DNA of 35,506 bases, taken from a bacterium. Lineage in GTDB: Bacteria; SZUA-182; DTGQ01. The stretch spans positions 1 through 35,506 of the forward strand of contig JBFMGO010000039.1 in NCBI GenBank assembly GCA_040752695.1, read 5' to 3'. Under the pieces are notes generated by a model. The model did no database searches. It was given only the letters and a program-made list of their open reading frames with translations, and was not told the origin of the DNA. Shown here one piece after another: positions 1 through 8,950 of this stretch. The position numbers and the translations under genes are program-made. Each line of letters begins with the position of its first letter. The first letter of the stretch is position 1.

Positions 1-198
1 CGATGTTCGGCCTTTCGTAGAAGAGCTAACACGTATGCCAAGCTCACCAGCGCACTGCGCAGAACGTTGCATGTTTACTGGGTGATTCACAATTTTGTCC
101 GTGTTCATTTTACAACTAAGCAAGTTCCGGCAGCGGCTTTGGGAATAATCGATAGGGGACTGTCAATAGATGAGCTACTTCAAATCCAATTATCATAG
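1..198 (+). CDS. IS1-family transposase, C-terminal fragment (5' end outside the window)
   Basis: Frame 1 reads RCSAFRRRANTYAKLTSALRRTLHVYWVIHNFVRVHFTTKQVPAAALGII...QLS*, matching the RRR.N.YAK...HNF.R.H...PA.ALG pattern of IS1-like DDE transposase C-termini. Not in the ORF track because it has no start codon in the window. Confidence 0.75.
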   Translation, partial: RCSAFRRRANTYAKLTSALRRTLHVYWVIHNFVRVHFTTKQVPAAALGIIDRGLSIDELLQIQLS

Positions 199-248
199 TT
201 CAGCAGATTATAATTTTAATTTAGATGCCACCAAACTGAACCAGTGCC
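1..248 (+). mobile_element. Right end of an IS1-family insertion sequence; terminal repeat CAAACTGAACCAGTGCC at 232-248
   Basis: The 17-mer follows the transposase stop and ends in CC (GG start on the reverse strand, as in IS1-type ends); its exact reverse complement occurs at 3662-3678. Confidence 0.65.
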
Positions 249-326
249 CAGTATAAAATCAGCAACTTTTTTTCAAAGGAAAAATCTACAAATTCTTATC
301 ATAGGTGCGGAAACACGGCTATACCA

Positions 327-3152
327 TTACACCTTTGAATAATGTTTTTCTGCTCCCTGTATCACCTTGGACAATACCTTTTCCAATTCCCCCGTTTCAT
401 ATGGTTTAGCAACAACACCCCGAAATCCGTATTGGTCATAATTCGACATGATAGTATCATTCGAATATCCACTTGAAACAATCGCTTTCACCTCAGGGTC
501 TATCTCACGCAATTTCTGGATGGTCTCCTTGCCCCCCATACCCCCAGGTATAGTCAAATCCAGTATAACGACATCGAAGGCTTCTTTCGACTCGATAGCC
601 TTTTTAAACAGATTGATCGTCTCTTGGCCATTACTCGCGAATTCAACGCGGTATCCAAGAAACTTGAGCATCCGTCCCGCCAGATTTCTGACCTCGAATT
701 GATCATCCATAAATAAAACCTTTCCTTTTCCAGGGCGAGGTCTCTCCTCCAAGACACCATCCTGAGTGGGAATGACCTTTCCAGATGCAGGAAAATAGAG
801 ATGAAAGGTTGTACCGACTCCTGACCGAGACTCAACCGTGATATGTCCCTTATGTTTTTTCATAATTGAATAGGTAATAGCCAGTCCCAGACCGCTTCCT
901 TTTGGTTTCGTGCTGAAATAGGGATCGAATATTTTGTCAATGATCTCCTGCGGTATTCCGGTTCCGTAATCCCTGATTGATATCCTGACATAATTGCCTT
1001 CCTTAAGCGGCAGTCCATCGGTATCCTGAACGATTACATTCTCTGCAAACACCTTGACTTCCCCGCCGTTGGGCATAGCTTGTTCGGCGTTGATTAATAT
1101 ATTATTCATTACCTGATTGATCTGCCCTTCATCTATTTCCACCCCCCAGAGATTATCCGGAATGAACAATGTATATTTGGCATGAGAACCACTCAGAAAG
1201 AATTTCACGGCGCTCTCAACTAATTCTGAAATAGACACCTGTTTTCTTATGGGCGCCCCCCCTTTCGAGAAGGTGAGTAATTGTTGAGTGAGGTGCTTTG
1301 TCTGCAAAGAGGCTTTCTTCGTTTCCTCCAGGATCTCAGCGATATCTTGGCCGGATTTGATATAGAATTCCATGAGAGAAAGATTCCCGATTACGGCCGC
1401 TAATAAATTATTAAAGTCATGTGCAATGCCTCCCGCCAGGACACCGAGAGATTCAAGCTTTTGAACCTTCAACATTTCTTCTTCCATTTTCTTGCGCTCC
1501 GTGATATCCCGAAGGACATAAAGGACGCCAATGGGATGTCCCCGGGAATTCAGTAAGGGATTGATCCTGGCCTCTGTCCAAACGGTAAGCTGCTCTCCCT
1601 GCCGGGTAATCTCAAGCTCCAGGGTCCGGGATATAAATCGCCCCCCCGGATTTGAGTCCGCTCCCTTTATTACTTCCTGAAAGGTTTCCGTAACGGCCCT
1701 CAAAGAGTCTTCAGTAAACCATTCCCGGATTCCCTGGCTCATGGATTCCTCTTGGCCATAGCCACGAAGGCGCTGGATGGAAGGGCTTACAAAGGTGAGC
1801 CGCTGGTTGAGATCTACCGTAAAGATTACATCCGTTATATTCTCCGCCAGGAGCCGATAATCGTGGATGGCATTATCGGCGCGCATTCGCTCCATCTCAA
1901 TGATCTTTCTATTGGCCTCATCCAACTCCTGATGATAAGAACTTAAAATTCTCTGAAGATCATTGAAAGCCCTTGTCAGATCGCCAACCTCATCGAAGGA
2001 CGTGACCTTAACTTCTGCGAACAGCGCCTCTTCTGCATCCTGTATCTTGAGCATTTGCCTGGTCACATCCCGAACAGCCAACGAGGTGTCATGGGCTACA
2101 TAGTAGCTGATAATCGCTACGAATGCCTGAAGATAACATCCCATAACCAGAAAGAAGATTAACAGGTATCTTATCTTGCTCTCTTTGACAGGATCAGGGT
2201 TCAGCTTGATGACAGTTCCGGCGTAAAGGCCCTTAAAGGGTCCTTCAAGAGGCAGAATCCGAAGAGCTGTTGCCGGGGACTTTTTGATCCTGGCTGTACT
2301 TTCCGGATCAGCGAGGAGGCGACTTTTGATGTCAAAAGTATCAGGAATAATGGATGGTTTTGGGGTAAGATATTTCCCGTCCGAGTCAACAACAAATACA
2401 TTTTCGGACCCCTTCTTCAGATATTCCTCGATCTCGTGTCTGGCGACATACCCAGATGTGTTTTTCTTGAAGGAGATCAGCAAGGTATTTCCAGACTGCA
2501 CAGTATCATGCCAGAGTATATCATTAATCCGGGAAAATGCAAAAATGAAGGTAAAAAGAAACACCATGCCTGAAAGTGTAAGTGCCGTAATCACAAATCT
2601 GGCACTTATTGGCATCCTGAAACCGATATCCTCGGCAGTATCCGATGTTGCCTTCAGGATGTCGATCATTTTATGCCTCGTATAGACATAAACCGCCAGA
2701 GAGGAACAGATAGTATAAGTCCATATCAGCACCATAGATAAGAATCTTTCTGAGAGGGGATAGAATTTGAAAAAATATGTGTCCACCCCAAGAGCAACGA
2801 AAGCGACGCCGGATAAGATAACGAGGAGAAATTGCCCGGCTATCTTTAAGGGCAGGTTAAAAGCGGCTGTCCTTACCTCCTGAAGCTGGCCTGGCTCTAC
2901 GATATCTGATCTGGTAAAAGCTCTGATGGGTTTAAATGAGCGGTATACCAGAACGGAGAGAACTGCCATGATAATAGGGGTAAAAATCACAAAGTTTAAA
3001 AAGTCAGCCCTTCTTATGGCTTTCGTATAATCTACCATCAGGGGATCAGCAACCTTTAAGATCATAGCCCCTGTGACAATTATCAAGTTTATAAATAGTA
3101 GAATTTTCCAGCAAATATTTTTTTGTTTACACATTTTATTTAAACCTGGCAC
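327..3152 (-). CDS. Membrane-bound hybrid sensor histidine kinase (multi-TM, HAMP, PAS, HisKA, HATPase, REC)
   Basis: About six hydrophobic segments; HAMP VTSFDEVGDLTRAFNDL; PAS LAENITDVIF...LRDITERKK; H-box LAGGIAHDFNNLL; G-boxes DYGTGI, FDPYFSTK, GSGLGL; receiver FMDD...ILDLTIPG...KP. The start may be ATG 3134 instead of GTG 3152. Confidence 0.95.
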   Translation of the reverse strand: MPGLNKMCKQKNICWKILLFINLIIVTGAMILKVADPLMVDYTKAIRRADFLNFVIFTPIIMAVLSVLVYRSFKPIRAFTRSDIVEPGQLQEVRTAAFNLPLKIAGQFLLVILSGVAFVALGVDTYFFKFYPLSERFLSMVLIWTYTICSSLAVYVYTRHKMIDILKATSDTAEDIGFRMPISARFVITALTLSGMVFLFTFIFAFSRINDILWHDTVQSGNTLLISFKKNTSGYVARHEIEEYLKKGSENVFVVDSDGKYLTPKPSIIPDTFDIKSRLLADPESTARIKKSPATALRILPLEGPFKGLYAGTVIKLNPDPVKESKIRYLLIFFLVMGCYLQAFVAIISYYVAHDTSLAVRDVTRQMLKIQDAEEALFAEVKVTSFDEVGDLTRAFNDLQRILSSYHQELDEANRKIIEMERMRADNAIHDYRLLAENITDVIFTVDLNQRLTFVSPSIQRLRGYGQEESMSQGIREWFTEDSLRAVTETFQEVIKGADSNPGGRFISRTLELEITRQGEQLTVWTEARINPLLNSRGHPIGVLYVLRDITERKKMEEEMLKVQKLESLGVLAGGIAHDFNNLLAAVIGNLSLMEFYIKSGQDIAEILEETKKASLQTKHLTQQLLTFSKGGAPIRKQVSISELVESAVKFFLSGSHAKYTLFIPDNLWGVEIDEGQINQVMNNILINAEQAMPNGGEVKVFAENVIVQDTDGLPLKEGNYVRISIRDYGTGIPQEIIDKIFDPYFSTKPKGSGLGLAITYSIMKKHKGHITVESRSGVGTTFHLYFPASGKVIPTQDGVLEERPRPGKGKVLFMDDQFEVRNLAGRMLKFLGYRVEFASNGQETINLFKKAIESKEAFDVVILDLTIPGGMGGKETIQKLREIDPEVKAIVSSGYSNDTIMSNYDQYGFRGVVAKPYETGELEKVLSKVIQGAEKHYSKV

Positions 3153-3661
3153 ATAAAAATATTCCGAATACTCTATTGTTACTTATTTACGGACAACGAA
3201 CGATCATACATGCTAACCACGAAGTGAAAGATTTCTTGCACGGGCTGCCAGGCATAAGCCGGCGCAGACCTTTTTCGGACAGGCGAATGGACTTCTCGTT
3301 GTACGTGGGAATCATTACTTATTTTATACTGCCTTTTAGTGTAATTCATGACGTTATATGTATATAATATCATACTTTCTTTTTTCCTCCAAATTCCCTC
3401 CTTCGAGAAAATAAATCTGTTCCTCAATTTCACAATGTAATTTCACAATTTCACGTTGTCTGGACGCAATGGGATGAATATTTGTCAGCGATAGAGGAAG
3501 TGAATGTGCTTTGGAATAAAATAAGCGTATGGGGAGCAGTTGCTTCCCTGATCCGTCTGTCTCTTACAAGAACTTTCCGGATTATCCCAGGCCCTGTGCC
3601 TGAGAAAATCGCATTACCCAGGCGGGGGAATTGGATGCGAGAAGACCTATGGAGGAGATAT

Positions 3662-3678
3662 GGCACTGGTTCAGTTTG
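3662..3678 (+). mobile_element. Isolated IS1-type terminal repeat (remnant)
   Basis: GGCACTGGTTCAGTTTG is the exact reverse complement of 232-248; no transposase ORF follows it. Confidence 0.55.
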
Positions 3679-3895
3679 ATTTAAAATCGTAGTGAATCCC
3701 AAAGAGCCCGAAATGCCGAAGAAAAATGTGGAGAAAAAGCTCAATAACCGCAAAGAGCGAGAACTTGCAGGAAACAGGGAAGGGCAGGTGAAAACTTCCT
3801 TTAGTTTGACCTCCCCAATCCTTTATCTCGCGACTCAATCCTTTTTGGAGATACGGAGCAATGGATAAGACTTTACGGGAGAAGGCGGGATATAT

Positions 3896-5188
3896 ATGCT
3901 GAAAAGAATCCTTTTTATTAGTTCATGTGGAATAGCTGCCCTTTTTATATACGGCACTACCGTCTGGTCTTCCGGTTTTGCCCTCTACGAATGGAGCGCT
4001 CAAGGTGTCGCTTTCGGGGGAGCTGCCCTGGCCAGGACTGACGATCCTTCCGCAGCAGCCTTCAATCCGGCTGGAATCACGCAACTGGAAGGCATTCATA
4101 CCTTATTCGGATGTAACATGATCAGTCCCAAAATCACCGCGGTTGTCACCAGGGGCAGTTTAACTACCTCAACTGACACCGAGAACCTGTCACTATTTCC
4201 GCCCCATGCTTACCTCACTTATCAATGGAACGACCGTTCATGGTTTGGATTCGGGCTCTATTCAAGATTCGGCCTTTCAACCAGGTTTCCTTCAAACTGG
4301 GCAGGAAGGTATAACAGCTATGACAGTACAGTGCAAAGCTATTCGATAAATCCCATTTGGGCAATCAAAGCCACGGATGAACTATCCTGCGCTCTTGGCA
4401 TAGAGGCCATGTACTTTAAGGTTGATTTAAAAAATAAGATTGCCGACCCTGGATTTGCCGGTGGAGACATCAACAGCCAAATGACTGCCGATGACCTCGG
4501 TTTAGGTGTAACCCTTGGCACTCATTACAAACCCGAAGACTGGTTGTCCTTCGGTCTGACCTACAGAAGCAAGGTCACTCAGAACCTGAAAGGCAAGGCC
4601 AAATTCAGCCCCTCCAGCGTGTCTTATCCACTCAAACCATCCCTGATTTTTTTTAAAAACTGTGATGGATCGAGTAATATCACTTTGCCTGAGTCCTTTT
4701 CCTTTGGAGTTGCTGTAACCTCTATAAAACAATTGAGCGCTGAATTCAGTATGATTTATACCGGCTGGAGCAGTTATGATAAGCCGGTGATTGATCTATC
4801 CACGGCCCCCGATCCCACTGACCCGGCATCATCTCATCAGGAAATCAAAAAAGACTGGCATAATACCTGGCGCTACCAATTCGGTCTGGAATATGCCATA
4901 ACTGCCTGGCTGGACTTAAGAGCGGGTTATGTGTTTGATGAATCCCCGATCGATGAGCACCATCTGGACTATATGCTCCCCGGCAATGACCTCCAGCACT
5001 ATTGTTTAGGAACCGGCTTTCATTGGAACACGTGGACCGTTGATGCTGCTTACGCTTATATCGTTTCGAAGAACAGACATGGGGTCGTGGATGCTGAGGG
5101 CGACCCTGTTGACAGATCACATACCGTTACTTTTAAAAATGGCTATGCGCATTCCTTGATGCTCAGTATCGGTTATGCACTGCCGTAA
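3896..5188 (+). CDS. fadL: FadL/OmpP1/TodX-family outer-membrane channel for long-chain fatty acids or hydrophobic compounds
   Basis: Signal peptide followed by SGFALYEWSAQGVAFGGA...DDPSAAAFNPAG (FadL hatch and NPA motif), alternating beta-strand pattern, and LRAGYVFDESP near the C-terminus. Confidence 0.92.
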   Translation: MLKRILFISSCGIAALFIYGTTVWSSGFALYEWSAQGVAFGGAALARTDDPSAAAFNPAGITQLEGIHTLFGCNMISPKITAVVTRGSLTTSTDTENLSLFPPHAYLTYQWNDRSWFGFGLYSRFGLSTRFPSNWAGRYNSYDSTVQSYSINPIWAIKATDELSCALGIEAMYFKVDLKNKIADPGFAGGDINSQMTADDLGLGVTLGTHYKPEDWLSFGLTYRSKVTQNLKGKAKFSPSSVSYPLKPSLIFFKNCDGSSNITLPESFSFGVAVTSIKQLSAEFSMIYTGWSSYDKPVIDLSTAPDPTDPASSHQEIKKDWHNTWRYQFGLEYAITAWLDLRAGYVFDESPIDEHHLDYMLPGNDLQHYCLGTGFHWNTWTVDAAYAYIVSKNRHGVVDAEGDPVDRSHTVTFKNGYAHSLMLSIGYALP

Positions 5189-5245
5189 AGAGTCTGCAAG
5201 AAGTAAATTTGCCTCTATCTTACCTTGACAATAGAGGTTTACTTA

Positions 5246-5472
5246 GTGTCTGTCCGAAAAATGTCCATTGGGGCTGCACCCATAATGAGCAAAATCAAAC
5301 ACATAGGAAATAGACACATGCACATAAGTAACAGAAACACGCTAAAAATTGGGTAAAATGGATGGAAAAGTAATAATTATTTCAAATGGTTACGAACTCT
5401 TAAAAGATTGAGCCTGTAACAATGCCAATTAACCTAATATTATCAAGAAGTTAGTCATTTTCGGACAGGCAC
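5246..5472. mobile_element. 227-bp MITE with 15-bp terminal inverted repeats, flanked by TA
   Basis: Left end GTGTCTGTCCGAAAA (5246-5260), right end TTTTCGGACAGGCAC (5458-5472), 14/15 match; TA at 5244-5245 and 5473-5474; AT-rich non-coding interior. Confidence 0.75.
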
Positions 5473-5491
5473 TATCTATGCGACTGATACG

Positions 5492-8400
5492 ATGAGTGGG
5501 TGCATCCAAAAGTTTGATCCACTAGGTAGGTTAATAGCTAAATGGAGTGGGCATTATGGTTCAGAGCCTAGTTTTTATTTCAAACCTTCTGGTATAACGG
5601 TAGATGGAAGCGGCAGTGTTTATGTGATTGATCAGCGTCTTGATAGAATACAAAAGTTTGAGAAAATGAGTAGTAAAGTGAACACATGGCCAGATGGCTG
5701 CACCGCTGATGTGGACGGGGACTGTGATTTTAATGTATTAGATCTGGTATATCTCAACCGCTGTCTCCAGGGTATGTCTACCGTGGTTCCCAGCACGTGG
5801 CGTACAGTTTATCCCTTAACTCCTTCTGACGAAACACTCAGAAATACAATCACCAAGGATGCTGACTGTTTCGACATTGACAACATCGATGGCTTTACGG
5901 TACTTGACTTGGTCTTTATGAATAGAGCCGTCCACGAAATTTCTCCGGTCGTACCCAACGCTTTTCGTCAATCCAATTTCGATCTGCCTTCGGATAAATC
6001 CCTGGCCGAGGTGATAAACGCACTGAAACCTCAATGTTCGGCCACACCAAGAAGATCGAGATTTCGAGAAGACATCTCACTTTTTGCCAACTCTTCGCTT
6101 GAGCCGGTAAGATTGAGAAATGGAAGTACAAACGTTATTTCCTTTGACAATGTCTCTTTAACTCCTGAAAAAATGGTGAGCTTGCCAATCCGGCTGGATA
6201 TTGACCAGGATTTATTTTCCATAACCTTTGATCTTGTCTATGATACGGAAAAACTGAAAGCAAACTCTCTCGTTGTGACAGATCGGGGAAGAGTCCTCGG
6301 CACTCCCAGTCCTGATTCCATCAACGATGCTGAAGGGAAAATTACGGTAAATTTAATTGATATGACTGGCAATGCAGTCGTAAAGGCTGGCCAGGGGAGC
6401 ATACTGAAAGTGGTATTTGCTGGAGAGAAGGGTTGTACAGGAGAAGTAGAGATTACCAATGTCCGGCAGGTGCGCTCTACTACGGGAAAAGTAGTGCAGC
6501 TTTCCATTGAAAACGGTATCGCTGCCTGTCCGGAAGAATTGCACTGCACGGAGGAGATCTGCGATGGCAAGGATAATGACTGTGATGGCAAGGTCGATGA
6601 GGATTTGACTGCCAGATCATGTTCCAGTGCCTGTGGTTCAGGGACAGAGATCTGCCAGAACGGGAAATGGGCTGGCTGCACTGCACCCCAGCCTCAGACT
6701 TTCTATCGAGATAACGATGGGGACGGCTATGGCAACGACCTCCAGAGCACTCAAGCTTGCTCTGCTCCATCTGGGTATGTCATCAATAAGAGCGATTGTA
6801 ATGATACGGATAAAAGTATTCATCCTGGAGCAATTGAATTTCCCTGTAACGGGAAGGATGACGATTGCATGGGAGGAGGGGATGATACATCAAGTTGTCC
6901 TGGAGCTCCACTGGTTATACCACAATTTGAATGGATGATTCCACGCTCTGCCTGGTACTTCGACTTACCTGATGGAGTAGCCGTGGATGGCGGTGGCAAT
7001 GTCTATGTAGCTGATTCATATAATGATCGCATTCAGAAGTTTGATAGAAACGGCACGTTCTTAGCCACATGGGGAAGTTTTGGCTCAGAGCATGGTCAAT
7101 TCAATTATCCTTCTGGCATAGCCGTGGATGGGAATGGCAATGTCTATGTAACTGATATAGGTAATAATCGCATTCAGAAATTTGATCCAGACGGCACGTT
7201 CTTAGCCACATGGGAAAGCTGGGGCTCAGGAGATGGGCAATTCCTGCATCCTTCTGCCATAGCCGTGGATGGGAATGGCAATGTCTATGTAGTTTACGAG
7301 GAAAATCATTGCATCCAGAAATTTGATAGAGACGGCACATTCTTGACCAGATGGGGAAATGAAGGCTCAGGGGATGGGCAATTCCTGCATCCTTCTGGCA
7401 TAGCCGTGGATGGCAGCGGCAATGTCTATGTAGCCGATACTGGTAACAATCGCATTCAGAAGTTTGATCCAGGCGGCATGTTTTTAGCCACATGGGGAAG
7501 TTATGGCTCAGAGCATGGTCAGTTCAAAGATCCTTCGGGTATAGCTGTAGATGGAAGCGGAATTATCTGTATCGCCGATACAAATAACGATCGCATTCAG
7601 AAGTTTACTAATGGCAATGACTCTCCCTCCAGGACTATGCCGGTAACTGACCATAAACCCGTAGTTTCCCCATTTTCCATGACGATCCATGGAAGCATTC
7701 TGAGTACTGCCGGAACCGCAGTTGGCAGCGGTTGGAAGATTTATGCCTATAGTCTGAATAACCTTTATCTCTTTGAACATAAGAGCCGTTATAACATCGA
7801 TCCCAATCCCTACTACAGCAGCAGGGCAGCGCATGATCCCAATTGTGATTTGAATGATTCTCACGATGGCAATGCTATCCTGGCACCAGCAAATTCTCAA
7901 GGCGGTATCTGCTATGGATCATGCTATACTACGGCCGATGGCTCATTCGTCATGTATGCCTACGGCGAGTTCTATGATACCCCAGGCTTTAAAAATGCCG
8001 ATACGATTTTCCTTGTTGTACAGGATCCTGTCAGCGGCATTAAGTATCTGGTAACCAATGATTGCAGAGAAGATCAGGGTTTCTATCTCTCGTGGAAAAA
8101 CGATGAAGTCACGGAGCATAATATTGATCTTCGCAGGTATGAGAGTAAACCTTTACAGCAGGGCTGGAATTTTATCTCTTTCTCAGTCCTGAAGAGATAT
8201 GTAGTAAACGATGGTATCACTATGCCTAACCAGGGAACAGCATTGATTGATGACACAGGTGTTCCCGTCAGTCAGAGTGTTTGTCCTGTAGTGAATGTGA
8301 CTTCTATTCATAGTGCCCTTTCATCCTTATGTGGCCAGTGGGAGAGAATTTACTTCTATGATGGTTTCAAACCTCCAGGTGATGCTATCAGGCAGACAAA

Positions 8401-8848
8401 GTTCGGTGCCACCAAGGATATCAAGAAGGTAGAATTTTTCTCAGTTGGTCATGGATATTGGATTTATGTCCCGAATGTGAAGAATTCAGAACTGGTGGTT
8501 CTTGGAGATGTAATCAGGAATAACACTCCCAAGTATCACCTTGCTCTGAATTCTGCCATGAATGGTCTATATATGGTTGGTTATTGGGGAGGCGATATTT
8601 ATTTTACCAGTTTTCCTGACACCAGTATCTTCTCCAGTGCTCAGAGTGCAACTCCGGTGGTAGTAAATTCTATTGGTGAAGTTTTCGGATCTTTCAAGTC
8701 AAGCTTAAGCCGTGTTAAGAGCTTCTATGATGGAGCTAAGTCCTGGTATAATCCTGATCCATGGGGCCTCAGTGACCTTACCTATATAGGGCCCGGATTT
8801 GGCTACTCCATGAGGATCACGCAGGATTGCCAAGTAATGTGGCCTTAA
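5492..8848 (+). CDS. Large multidomain surface-type protein: NHL fragment, dockerin-like pair, cohesin-like domain, Cys-rich (MopE-like) repeats, NHL beta-propeller, duplicated C-terminal domain; probably 5'-truncated
   Basis: NHL repeats PSGIAVDGNGNVYVADT.N.RIQKFD; two D.D.D..F.VLDLV..NR motifs; VSLPIRLD...SITFDLVYD...GSILKVVF; EICDGKDNDCDGKVDE, FYRDNDGDGYG and DCNDTDKSIHPGA. The ORF begins mid-NHL repeat and has no signal peptide. Confidence 0.85.
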   Translation: MSGCIQKFDPLGRLIAKWSGHYGSEPSFYFKPSGITVDGSGSVYVIDQRLDRIQKFEKMSSKVNTWPDGCTADVDGDCDFNVLDLVYLNRCLQGMSTVVPSTWRTVYPLTPSDETLRNTITKDADCFDIDNIDGFTVLDLVFMNRAVHEISPVVPNAFRQSNFDLPSDKSLAEVINALKPQCSATPRRSRFREDISLFANSSLEPVRLRNGSTNVISFDNVSLTPEKMVSLPIRLDIDQDLFSITFDLVYDTEKLKANSLVVTDRGRVLGTPSPDSINDAEGKITVNLIDMTGNAVVKAGQGSILKVVFAGEKGCTGEVEITNVRQVRSTTGKVVQLSIENGIAACPEELHCTEEICDGKDNDCDGKVDEDLTARSCSSACGSGTEICQNGKWAGCTAPQPQTFYRDNDGDGYGNDLQSTQACSAPSGYVINKSDCNDTDKSIHPGAIEFPCNGKDDDCMGGGDDTSSCPGAPLVIPQFEWMIPRSAWYFDLPDGVAVDGGGNVYVADSYNDRIQKFDRNGTFLATWGSFGSEHGQFNYPSGIAVDGNGNVYVTDIGNNRIQKFDPDGTFLATWESWGSGDGQFLHPSAIAVDGNGNVYVVYEENHCIQKFDRDGTFLTRWGNEGSGDGQFLHPSGIAVDGSGNVYVADTGNNRIQKFDPGGMFLATWGSYGSEHGQFKDPSGIAVDGSGIICIADTNNDRIQKFTNGNDSPSRTMPVTDHKPVVSPFSMTIHGSILSTAGTAVGSGWKIYAYSLNNLYLFEHKSRYNIDPNPYYSSRAAHDPNCDLNDSHDGNAILAPANSQGGICYGSCYTTADGSFVMYAYGEFYDTPGFKNADTIFLVVQDPVSGIKYLVTNDCREDQGFYLSWKNDEVTEHNIDLRRYESKPLQQGWNFISFSVLKRYVVNDGITMPNQGTALIDDTGVPVSQSVCPVVNVTSIHSALSSLCGQWERIYFYDGFKPPGDAIRQTKFGATKDIKKVEFFSVGHGYWIYVPNVKNSELVVLGDVIRNNTPKYHLALNSAMNGLYMVGYWGGDIYFTSFPDTSIFSSAQSATPVVVNSIGEVFGSFKSSLSRVKSFYDGAKSWYNPDPWGLSDLTYIGPGFGYSMRITQDCQVMWP
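6965..7610 (+). repeat. About 4.5 near-identical 141-bp (47-aa) NHL coding repeats
   Basis: Recurring GCCGTGGATGG...GGCAATGTCTATGTA...CGCATTCAGAA(A/G)TTTGAT at about 141-bp spacing. Confidence 0.9.
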
Positions 8849-8886
8849 TACAGATCGCCATAAATATTCCTGCCGCATATACAGTT

Positions 8887-8910
8887 GGGCACCCGTCTAT
8901 GAGGGTGCCC
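8887..8910. terminator. Hairpin between convergent genes, possible terminator
   Basis: GGGCACCC-8 nt-GGGTGCCC between the stops at 8848 and 8951; no clear U-tract. Confidence 0.45.
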
Positions 8911-8950
8911 TTACCGTACTTACTGCCACAGCATCCGGTTACCTGGAGCT

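Noticed and set aside
3271..3284. TTTTCGGACAGGC matching the right end of the 5246 MITE
   Set aside because: Only 13 bp with no partner end nearby; could be a remnant or chance.
3176..3753. Short ORFs between the kinase and fadL
   Set aside because: No convincing RBS or motifs, mutually overlapping, and crossing an IS end.
6965..7610. NHL or HYR repeats as a diversity-generating retroelement template/variable pair
   Set aside because: No reverse transcriptase in the window; copies are in-frame tandem domains and differences are not adenine-specific.
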